A model generated the notes under the pieces. That model saw only the letters and a list, made by a program, of their open reading frames with translations. It was not told the DNA's origin and did not search any database. This document shows, piece after piece, positions 1-8,266 of a DNA stretch of 64,000 bases. Numbering within the stretch: the stretch's first letter is position 1; every line of letters starts with the position of its first letter. Location: positions 3,840,001 to 3,904,000 of the forward strand of contig OZ244561.1 in the NCBI GenBank assembly GCA_965217585.1. The letters run 5' to 3'. Source of the stretch: Candidatus Latescibacterota bacterium (lineage in GTDB: Bacteria > Latescibacterota > UBA2968 > UBA8231). The position numbers and the translations under genes were made by a program.

Positions 1-1417
1 CAGCACCCTCGTCCCAGTAGAGCAAGCGGCTGTTTGGCTCGGACCAGTGGAACAACTCGACGAAAAGGCCCGCCGGCAAGAGCAGCATCAGGACCAACCC
101 CAACGCCAAGCCGCCGACCGTGCGCACGGCCTTTCTACGCGGCTGCGCCGCCGGATCCAGCGCCAAGATCACCGCGCCGATGGCGATATTGACCCACGCC
201 AACACCTGAATGCTCCGATAGGTCCCCAGCAGAGGCAGCAGCACAAACCCGGCGACCAGTGCGCCGGCAATGGCCCCCAGCGTATTGGCGGCGTACACAG
301 TGCCGACGCCACGCCCTAGCTGCTCAATGCGCGGAATGCACACTTTGGCCGCAATGGGAAAGAGTAGCCCCATCAGCAGCGTCGCCGGGAGCATTACGAC
401 GAAGGCGGCGACGAACAGCTTGGACAGATGGCCCTCCCACGAGAGCGCGCCGCCCCACGCCTCGACGATATAGGGTATGCTGCCAAAGGCGGCAATCGAG
501 CTTAGGCCGCACAGCCCGATGAGCAGTTCCGCCGCGCCAAAGGCAGCAAGCGGCGTGCTCCAGCGATCGATCAAGCGCGCCCCGAGCGCGGCCCCACCGG
601 CCAACCCCAGTAGGAAGGCGACGAGGATCGTGCTCAGGCTTTGGGCGGTGGCACTTTGCAGGAGCATCGCCAAAAGCCGCGTCCACAGCACCTCGTAGCC
701 GAGGGCCACAAACCCCGAAAGCGCAAATCCCCCCAGGACCAGCCGGCCCTCTAAGGTGGTGGGTGCTGCATCCCGCTCTACGTCCGTCTGCTCCTGCTGG
801 CCATCGCGGCTCCAGCAATAGGCGACCAAGGCGATGAGCAGGTTGCCAGCCGCCGCCGCGTAGGTGGTGCCGCTGACGCCCAGATATTCGAGCGCGAAAA
901 AGGCCGCCACCGCGCATCCTGTGGCCGCGCCTAGGGTATTGGCCGCATACAGGCGTCCCATGTCCCCGCCGACCCGCTCTAGGCGGTGCGCCACCGCCTT
1001 GCTCAGCGTCGGCAGGGTGGCCCCCATGAGGGTGGTCGGCACCAGCAGCAGCGCAAAGGCGAGCACCAAGCGGACGAGCACAAAGGCTCCGTCTATACCT
1101 TGCAAAGAGCCGTATAGCGCCGTGTACACCTCGTCTAAGCCTGCAAGCAAAAGCGGAAATATCAGAGCGAAGACGCCGATGCCCAGTTCCAACAGCGCGT
1201 AGAGCCGCAGGCCGTTGCCCCGGCGGTCGGCCACCCGTCCGCACCAATAGCTGCCCAAGGCAAGACCGGCCATAAAGGCGGCTAGGACAATACTGACGGC
1301 AAAGGTGCTGACGCCGAACACGGGCATCAACATGCGCACCCAGACGACCTGATAGACGAGGGAGCAGGCTCCGGAAAAAAAGAACAAGATCAGCAGGGCC
1401 AAGGGGGTTTTGCTCAC
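1..1417 (-). CDS. Fused MFS-like membrane/spermidine synthase family protein (partial, runs off window start)
   Basis: Manual translation from GTG at 1417: VSKTPLALLILFFFSGACSLVYQVVWVRMLMPVFGVSTFAVSIVLAAFMAGLALGSYW, the typical N-terminus of this family; same frame reads RLLYWDEGA at the window edge. Confidence 0.85.
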   Translation of the reverse strand, partial: MSKTPLALLILFFFSGACSLVYQVVWVRMLMPVFGVSTFAVSIVLAAFMAGLALGSYWCGRVADRRGNGLRLYALLELGIGVFALIFPLLLAGLDEVYTALYGSLQGIDGAFVLVRLVLAFALLLVPTTLMGATLPTLSKAVAHRLERVGGDMGRLYAANTLGAATGCAVAAFFALEYLGVSGTTYAAAAGNLLIALVAYCWSRDGQQEQTDVERDAAPTTLEGRLVLGGFALSGFVALGYEVLWTRLLAMLLQSATAQSLSTILVAFLLGLAGGAALGARLIDRWSTPLAAFGAAELLIGLCGLSSIAAFGSIPYIVEAWGGALSWEGHLSKLFVAAFVVMLPATLLMGLLFPIAAKVCIPRIEQLGRGVGTVYAANTLGAIAGALVAGFVLLPLLGTYRSIQVLAWVNIAIGAVILALDPAAQPRRKAVRTVGGLALGLVLMLLLPAGLFVELFHWSEPNSRLLYWDEGA

Positions 1418-1494
1418 GGCCGGCCCTTTGTATAACAATCCGCAGCCATTATATAAATGATAAGCATGGGTTGATTCCCCAACACTTTCAAAAA

Positions 1495-1521
1495 GTCATT
1501 CCGGCGAAAGCCGGAATCCAG
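1495..1521. repeat. REP-like short palindromic element GTCATTCCGGCGAAAGCCGGAATCCAG
   Basis: Hairpin ATTCCGGC-GAAA-GCCGGAAT; resembles the widespread GTCATTCC...GGAATCCAG intergenic repeat type. Confidence 0.6.
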
Positions 1522-1577
1522 AGGGGCGGTCTGAGTTGCGGTTTTCGATCCAAATTCGCACCGACAGGTCTGTCTCT

Positions 1578-1615
1578 AATTACGCTATTGAGTAAAATTA
1601 CTCAGTAGCGTAATT
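1578..1615. promoter_or_regulatory. Near-perfect inverted repeat (18-bp arms, 2-nt spacer), candidate operator
   Basis: AATTACGCTATTGAGTAA-AA-TTACTCAGTAGCGTAATT, one mismatch, ends 8 nt before the ATG at 1624. Confidence 0.6.
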
Positions 1616-1623
1616 TCATCTGT

Positions 1624-2874
1624 ATGGCATCCTTCCAACGTCCTCAAGTCGCCACGCTCTATCGTCGGCTCGCCGAGCCGCCCCGGCAGCTCAGCGCCCT
1701 GTTCGGGCCGCGCCAAACCGGCAAAACCACGATTGTACGCCAAGCACTGCGGCAGATTGACCTCGCAAGCCGCTACTTGGCTGTTGACGAACCCGACTCT
1801 ACCGAATTTCGCGTCCCATCCGCTGCGACGGAGGCGACCTTCCTTGCGCCGCAGGAGCGAGACGCGGAATGGCTGGTGCGCCACTGGGAAGAAGCCCGGC
1901 GTGAGGCGGAACAATTGGGGGGATTCGTGCTGGTGTTTGACGAGATTCAGGAGATTCCTCAGTGGTCGGAGACCATAAAGGGGCTGTGGGACGCCGACCG
2001 TGCCAGAGGTTGTCCCTTACACGTGGTCATCCTCGGCTCAGCCCCGCTGCTCATGCAGTCGGGATTGAGCGAGAGCCTCGCCGGCCGCTTTGAGCCTATC
2101 CGCGTCACGCACTGGTCGTTCGACGAAATGTCCGCGGCCTTCGACTTCGACCTGCTGCACTACCTCTACTTCGGCGGCTACCCAGGCGCGGTTCCATTCG
2201 TTCGAGATCCGGATCGGTGGCGCGACTATGTCCTCGGCGCACTCGTCGAGCCGAATATCGAACGCGACCTCCTCGCCATGACTCGGGTGGACAAACCGGC
2301 GCTGCTGAAGCGGCTCTTTGAATTAGGTGCCGTCTATTCCGGGCAGATCCTGTCGTACACCAAGATGCTGGGGCAGCTCCAAGACGCCGGCAACACGACC
2401 ACCCTAGCGCGCTACCTCGATTTGCTCGCGAGCGCCGGATTGCTTGCCGGGGTGCCGAAATACGCGGGCCGAGTGCATCGGGTTCGCGCTTCAAGTCCCA
2501 AGCTCAATGTGCTCAACACGGCCCTGATGACCGCAGATTCGGGGTATTCCTTCGCTGAGGCGCAGGCAGACCGCAGCTTCTGGGGGCGCATCGTCGAGAG
2601 CGCAGTCGGCGCGCACCTGTTCAACACCGCAGCATCCGACATCCGCCTTCACTACTGGCGAGACGGGTCACACGAGGTGGACTTCGTCCTGCAACGGGGC
2701 GCTCGAATTGTCGCCATCGAAGTGAAGAGTGGCGCGAAGCGGATGCCCTTGGGAGGCATGGACGAGTTTGAGCAGCGCTTTAGTCCGCGCAGTTCTCTGC
2801 TCGTCGGGGAAGGCGGCATCCCGCTGAATGAGTTTCTCACGGTGCCCGCCCATTACTGGTTCGAGGAAGCATGA
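1624..2874 (+). CDS. AAA+ ATPase (AAA_14) with C-terminal DUF4143 PD-(D/E)XK-like domain
   Basis: Walker A GPRQTGKTT, Walker B LVFDEIQ, LGSA, ESLAGR, GGYP, C-terminal EVDFV...IEVKSG. Confidence 0.9.
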   Translation: MASFQRPQVATLYRRLAEPPRQLSALFGPRQTGKTTIVRQALRQIDLASRYLAVDEPDSTEFRVPSAATEATFLAPQERDAEWLVRHWEEARREAEQLGGFVLVFDEIQEIPQWSETIKGLWDADRARGCPLHVVILGSAPLLMQSGLSESLAGRFEPIRVTHWSFDEMSAAFDFDLLHYLYFGGYPGAVPFVRDPDRWRDYVLGALVEPNIERDLLAMTRVDKPALLKRLFELGAVYSGQILSYTKMLGQLQDAGNTTTLARYLDLLASAGLLAGVPKYAGRVHRVRASSPKLNVLNTALMTADSGYSFAEAQADRSFWGRIVESAVGAHLFNTAASDIRLHYWRDGSHEVDFVLQRGARIVAIEVKSGAKRMPLGGMDEFEQRFSPRSSLLVGEGGIPLNEFLTVPAHYWFEEA

Positions 2875-5800
2875 GCATGATCGTCCCCCGCACCTGCACT
2901 GAGATGGATCAGCAGAAGGAGTCTCGGCCTCTCGAATCATTCCGGGATACGCCGGCCTATGTGTTGCTCGGCGATCCTGGGGCAGGCAAGACGACTGCAT
3001 TTGAGAGCGAGTGCGAGGCCCTTGAGGAGAGAGCCTACCTGATTACAGCCCGCGACTTCTTGACCTTCGACCCGCAGAGCCATCCCGAATGGCGCGACAA
3101 GACTCTCTTCATCGACGGACTCGATGAAACCCGCGTCGGTGCGAACGACGCTCGCACACCTTTCGACCAAATCCGCGGACGTCTCGATGCACTCGGAAAG
3201 CCGCGCTTTCGCCTCTCGTGTCGGGAAGCGGACTGGCTGGGAGCAAATGATCGGAGGCATCTAGAATCTGTCTCGCCGGACTCCAAAGTGACGATCCTGC
3301 GGCTCAATCCCCTGACGGATTCGGACATCGCCGACATCCTGAATGACCGACCGGACATCGGCGATGATCAGGCATTTATCGCGGCAGCCGAGGAGCGGAG
3401 AGTTTATGAACTGCTGAAGAATCCACAGACCCTCGAAATGTTGGCTGATGTTGTGGCCCAAGGCGGCGGGTGGCCGAATAGTCGCAAAGAAACTTTCGAG
3501 ATGGCCTGCGGTCAGATGGTTCGCGAGCCTAACGAGGAACATCAAGCGGCGCAGGAATCCAACAGTCCACCCGCACTTGACCAACTCATCGATGCCGCCG
3601 GACGTCTCTGTGCCGTTCAATTGATTTCGGGTACGGCCGGGTACACGTTGCACGGTCAGGAGGACGAAGATTATCTCACTCTGGACCAGTGCAACTACGA
3701 TAGCCCCGAAGCGCTCCGGTCTGCACTCGCCACGAAGTTGTTCAAGGGCGCATCCAATAACCGCTTCATCCCGGTTCATCGCCACATCGCCGAATTCCTA
3801 GGCGCTCGGCACCTCGCCCAAGTCATTGACAGGGACCCCCTCCCGGCTCGGCGCGTAATCTCCCTGATTGAGGGAAAGGATGGAGCCGTGGTTACGGAGA
3901 TGAGGGGATTATCCGCTTGGCTTGCGGCCCTTTACGAAGACGCCCGGGCGGACCTCATCGAACGCGATCCCATTGGCGTCGGGCTATACGGCGACATCCG
4001 CGAGTTCTCCATCGACGAGAAACATGCGCTGCTGGAATCCTTGAACAACGAGGGGGTTCGGCTCGATTCCGTGTGGAATATGACTGCGGCTTTTAGTGCG
4101 CTTGCCACGCCCGATATGGAACCCGTGCTCGAGTCGATCCTGAGCGACAGTAATCGCGACCGGGACCACCAGATGTTTACCGATTTCGTACTACGCGTTC
4201 TGAGGGAAGGCGGACCCCTGCCGGATCTTTCAGAGCTTCTGCTCGAAATCGTCCGCGACGACACGTGGTGGCCGCGCGTCAACTATGCCGCCCTTGATGC
4301 CTTCATCCACAACTGCTCGAACATCAAAGACAAAACGAGCAAGCTCAGAGCACTGCTAGCCGATATTCACACTGGAAGCCTTTCCGATACTGACAACGAG
4401 CTTCTCGGGACCCTGCTGACCCAACTTTACCCCCAAGAGCTGCCGCCGTCGGAAGTGTGGGACTACTTTACCGATCAAGGAAATCCCAATCTTACCGGAA
4501 GGTACAGCCTGTTCTGGGCGATTGACCTTCTCAAAGAGTCCTCGGACAAGCAGGTGGCCGAACTTCTCGACCATCTGCACGAACGCTTTTCCGGCTTGCA
4601 GCCTGTTCTGGATGTCCGACATTTAAACGATGATCTTCCTCTCAAACTTCTAGCTCGCGGCCTGAAAGCACATGGAGACCAACTGGACACGGAACATCTG
4701 TACAATTGGCTCAGCGTGCGATCTGAGAGAATAAAAAACAGCTTCAATGACCAAACCATTCGGGAGATATGCTTGTGGCTGGAGCAACGCCCCGAGGTCC
4801 AGAAGGCCGTCTTCCTAGAGGGACTGTCCCGTTGTCCCGAATCCGACGAATTCAGGCGGCATGCATTCAAAGTCCAAAACTGTCTGTACGATGCCAGCCC
4901 ACCAGCCAATTTCGGCCTCTGGTGTCTGAAACAAGCCGACGCCTTGGTGGACACCAAACCGCTAGTTGCCGAATACCTGCTCGGTCGGGCTTTCAACGAA
5001 GGTCTGTCACGCGAAGTCCTACAAGAATGCACGCAGAGAAACGAGACGTTGAAGGTGTACCTGAATCGACTGCTTGATTCTATCGCCGAGGCAACTGAAT
5101 TCGAGGAACGGCAGCAGCAAGAGGAACGGCAAGAGGAGCAGGAACGGCAGCAGCAAAAGGAGCAATGGCTTGCCTATATCCGCTCCAACAAGGACGCACT
5201 GTGCGAAAACCGAGCCGAGCCCGCTCTACTTTACAAATTGGCACGGGTGTACTTTGGACACTTCTATGATTTTAGCGGCGCTGATGGACCAGAGATCGTT
5301 GCGAAAATGCTTCGAGGCGACCGTGATTTGATCGATGCCACGCTTCGGAGCTTCCGTGGTGCGGTTGACCGGGAGGACGTTCCGGACGTCAAGGAGATTC
5401 TCAGTCTTAGAAAAAAAAGATATAGGCACAATCTTGGTCTGCCGTTTCTAGCAGGTTTAGCGGAACTCGAAAGGATAGCTCCAGAAGAAGACTCATCCCG
5501 CTGGAGCGACGATCGGATTCGTAGGGCAATTGCGTTCTATTACTGTTACTGTACGTCCCACGCGGATTATCGACCCGAATGGTATCGACGACTAATTACG
5601 GCGCGTCCTAAGATCGTTGCCGAGGTGCAGGAACAATTCGCCATTTGTGAGTTTCGCAGTGGTCGTGAGCATATCTACAAGCTCGCGGAACTCGCGCACG
5701 ACACGGACCACGCTCAAGTAGCCAAATACGCAAGCCTACCCCTGCTCCGAGCCTTTCCAATTCGCTGCAAACAAAAACAGATCGAAGACTTGGATCATCT

Positions 5801-6887
5801 GCTCCGGGCCGCAATTCAGCATGCAGACAGAGCATCGCTTGAGGAACTGATCGACAGAAAGCTATCTCGGCCGAACATGAATGTCGCCCAACGTGTGCAT
5901 TGGTTGGCGGCGGGCATCATCGTTTCGCCCGAGACGTACAATGCCCCCCTAAACCAGTTCGTACAGGTTCGAGAAAGCCGGATTCGGCACTTAGTGGCGT
6001 TCTTTGATAGCCGCGTGCAGTCCTCGTTTGATGTGTTGGAGACTCTGGGATTGGAACTCCTCATCCACCTCGTCGGAAGCCATGTCGGACCCAATAAGTG
6101 GGACAGGCAGGTTACGCCTGCAATGCAAGCCTCTCGCCTTGTCAACGACCTGATACAACGTCTCGCCGCTTCTCCCACCAAGGACGCGAGTGACGCCTTG
6201 GATCGCCTCCTTGCCGAGCCTGCGCTATCCCGCTGGCGCGACGTACTCTCCCAAGCGCGAGATGCCCAACGGGTGACTTGGCGCGACGCCAGCTATCGCC
6301 ACTTCACTATCGAGCAGGTCTGCCAGACGTTGAATGACGGTACGCCCGCCAACGCCGCCGACCTCGCAGCTCTTTTGATGGATCGCTTCGATGAGATCTC
6401 GGATCGAATCAGTACGAACAATGCCAATTATTGGCGTCCGTACTGGAACGAAGACAAAGACCAGAACCCTACAAATCCGAAACACGAGAATTCCTGTCGA
6501 GATGCGCTGCTCCGTGATCTACGTCTGTACTTCCCCACTGCCGAACCCGAGGTACAGCATATAGGCAACACACGAACCGATATATGTGTTGTCTATCCAG
6601 ATTTTCGAGTACCGGTGGAAATCAAGAAGAACTCGCATCAAAAATTCTGGAGTTCCCTGCGAAACCAGTTGATCGCCCAGTACACGATTGACCCGGACAC
6701 GGACGGCTACGGGATTTACTTGGTGTTTTGGTTTGGCGAAATCGACGGATGCCGCACGAAGTCACCTCCCTCCGGCACCCGCCCCACTAACGCCGAAGAA
6801 CTGAAAAAACGACTAGAAGCAACCCTATCGCCCAACGAAGCGCGCAAAATCTCGGTCTGCGTGATCGACGTAAGCCGACCAGACTAA
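2871..6887 (+). CDS. NACHT/STAND-type NTPase with long helical region and C-terminal PD-(D/E)XK nuclease-like domain
   Basis: Walker A LLGDPGAGKTT, Walker B LFIDGLDE, LSCR sensor, NPQTL, HRHIAEFLGA wHTH motif; C-terminal E..RD.L...E......RTDI...PVEIKK; ATGA overlap with upstream gene. Confidence 0.8.
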   Translation: MSMIVPRTCTEMDQQKESRPLESFRDTPAYVLLGDPGAGKTTAFESECEALEERAYLITARDFLTFDPQSHPEWRDKTLFIDGLDETRVGANDARTPFDQIRGRLDALGKPRFRLSCREADWLGANDRRHLESVSPDSKVTILRLNPLTDSDIADILNDRPDIGDDQAFIAAAEERRVYELLKNPQTLEMLADVVAQGGGWPNSRKETFEMACGQMVREPNEEHQAAQESNSPPALDQLIDAAGRLCAVQLISGTAGYTLHGQEDEDYLTLDQCNYDSPEALRSALATKLFKGASNNRFIPVHRHIAEFLGARHLAQVIDRDPLPARRVISLIEGKDGAVVTEMRGLSAWLAALYEDARADLIERDPIGVGLYGDIREFSIDEKHALLESLNNEGVRLDSVWNMTAAFSALATPDMEPVLESILSDSNRDRDHQMFTDFVLRVLREGGPLPDLSELLLEIVRDDTWWPRVNYAALDAFIHNCSNIKDKTSKLRALLADIHTGSLSDTDNELLGTLLTQLYPQELPPSEVWDYFTDQGNPNLTGRYSLFWAIDLLKESSDKQVAELLDHLHERFSGLQPVLDVRHLNDDLPLKLLARGLKAHGDQLDTEHLYNWLSVRSERIKNSFNDQTIREICLWLEQRPEVQKAVFLEGLSRCPESDEFRRHAFKVQNCLYDASPPANFGLWCLKQADALVDTKPLVAEYLLGRAFNEGLSREVLQECTQRNETLKVYLNRLLDSIAEATEFEERQQQEERQEEQERQQQKEQWLAYIRSNKDALCENRAEPALLYKLARVYFGHFYDFSGADGPEIVAKMLRGDRDLIDATLRSFRGAVDREDVPDVKEILSLRKKRYRHNLGLPFLAGLAELERIAPEEDSSRWSDDRIRRAIAFYYCYCTSHADYRPEWYRRLITARPKIVAEVQEQFAICEFRSGREHIYKLAELAHDTDHAQVAKYASLPLLRAFPIRCKQKQIEDLDHLLRAAIQHADRASLEELIDRKLSRPNMNVAQRVHWLAAGIIVSPETYNAPLNQFVQVRESRIRHLVAFFDSRVQSSFDVLETLGLELLIHLVGSHVGPNKWDRQVTPAMQASRLVNDLIQRLAASPTKDASDALDRLLAEPALSRWRDVLSQARDAQRVTWRDASYRHFTIEQVCQTLNDGTPANAADLAALLMDRFDEISDRISTNNANYWRPYWNEDKDQNPTNPKHENSCRDALLRDLRLYFPTAEPEVQHIGNTRTDICVVYPDFRVPVEIKKNSHQKFWSSLRNQLIAQYTIDPDTDGYGIYLVFWFGEIDGCRTKSPPSGTRPTNAEELKKRLEATLSPNEARKISVCVIDVSRPD

Positions 6888-6899
6888 TCGCAACAATCG

Positions 6900-7295
6900 C
6901 TATCCGGCGTTTTCAATCGGCTGGTGGAAGTAGTAGCAAAGCCCGTCGGGAGCGATTACGAAGAAAACCTGGTATCTCTTTCCATCGCGCTCGTCCACGC
7001 GCCAATTGCCCGTCTCGACGCCTTTCGCCTCTAGCTCGTCGCGGGCCTTGTGGATGTCATTCACCAAAATAGCCGCGCCTTCTTGGCTGGCGTCGCCGCC
7101 GTTGACCGCAAACCCGATCTGCACATCGTCGCGTTCGAGAATGACCGTCGGCACGGGATCGTCGCGCCTTTCGACCTCGACGAGTCCAAAGGCTGCGCCG
7201 TACCACTTCGCGGTTTGGTCGAGATCTTCCACCGGCAAGGCGAGGATGTCCTCGGCATACGGAAAAGCGGCTTCGTATAGTTTCTCTGAAATCAT
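6900..7295 (-). CDS. VOC/glyoxalase family protein
   Basis: LPVEDLDQTAKWYGAAFG ... FFVIAPDGLCYYF; GGAGG RBS upstream. Confidence 0.8.
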   Translation of the reverse strand: MISEKLYEAAFPYAEDILALPVEDLDQTAKWYGAAFGLVEVERRDDPVPTVILERDDVQIGFAVNGGDASQEGAAILVNDIHKARDELEAKGVETGNWRVDERDGKRYQVFFVIAPDGLCYYFHQPIENAG

Positions 7296-7516
7296 GTCTT
7301 GTTCCTCCGACTGCTGATGCGATATAGATAATCCGTGGTCTGCCGTATAGTTATTGGCATGGATAAAAGCGGATTATCATAGCCTAGTCAACCGAGACCA
7401 TCAGCACTCGACGAGAGCCAGCCGACTATCGGGAAAACGCTTGACAGAAGAGTGGGAGGTCGAGATTGTTGACTATCTAATGGCACAGTCGTCGGCCCCG
7501 TGAGAAGGAAAAAAGA

Positions 7517-8266
7517 ATGACGCAGGAAGAAGCCTGGTACTTCCGCCACAACGGCTTCCACCGAGTAGCTCGGCCCCTGCCGAGAAAGTTGGTGGCTCGC
7601 CTGAACGCGGTCACGGACGAACAGATCGCAACCCTAGCGGAGCCCGTCGAGTGGGAGACCGGCACCAACTCGCGCACGCCCGAGGACGTGCGTCGCCTGT
7701 CGAAAATCCTAGCGCGGGATCCAGTGTATCTCGAAGCAGCGACCCACCCGATCGTGCTCGATGCCCTCGCGGGCGTGCTCGGCGACAACATCGAATTGCT
7801 GACCAACAAACACAACCACATCATGGTGCGGCCGCCTAGCTCGGCCCCGGTGCCGTGGCATTCCGGCGAGGAGTTGTACGAGCCGACCTTAATCACGGCG
7901 CTCATCTATCTGGAGGAATCGACCATCGACAACGGCTGTGTGTACCTGGTCCCGGGCAGTCACTTGCGGCCCTTTGCAAAGCCGCGTCGCCCCAGCGGCG
8001 ACTTCCGGCGCAATCCACTATACCGGCGCTCGCTGCCCGTGCCTATGTCAGCGGGTGGCGTGCTGCTGTTCAACGACTGCTGCTTCCACGGCTCCGATGT
8101 CAACCGCAGCAATGGTTCGCGGCGCAGCATGACCCTTGGATACAGCGCGCACGACTCGCACGATGTATTGAAGGACGATCCAGAGAAGATCCTAGTGCGC
8201 GGCGAGCGGGCCTACACCGGCCATCCCCATCCGTTCCCCAATCCAGAGAAAGGGAAGAAGACGTGA
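7517..8266 (+). CDS. PhyH-family Fe(II)/2-oxoglutarate oxygenase with HxG motif (possible halogenase)
   Basis: FRHNGF N-terminus, WHSGE in place of WHxD, NGCVYLVPGSH, distal FHGS..N.S...R. Confidence 0.85.
   Translation: MTQEEAWYFRHNGFHRVARPLPRKLVARLNAVTDEQIATLAEPVEWETGTNSRTPEDVRRLSKILARDPVYLEAATHPIVLDALAGVLGDNIELLTNKHNHIMVRPPSSAPVPWHSGEELYEPTLITALIYLEESTIDNGCVYLVPGSHLRPFAKPRRPSGDFRRNPLYRRSLPVPMSAGGVLLFNDCCFHGSDVNRSNGSRRSMTLGYSAHDSHDVLKDDPEKILVRGERAYTGHPHPFPNPEKGKKT

Noticed and set aside
324-1247. 307-aa minus-strand ORF and several plus-strand ORFs in the track
   Set aside because: Shadow frames of the partial MFS/spermidine synthase gene
7855-8262. N-terminal extension of the 545-aa dipeptidase ORF
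   Set aside because: Overlaps the PhyH gene; the GTGA-coupled start at 8263 fits better
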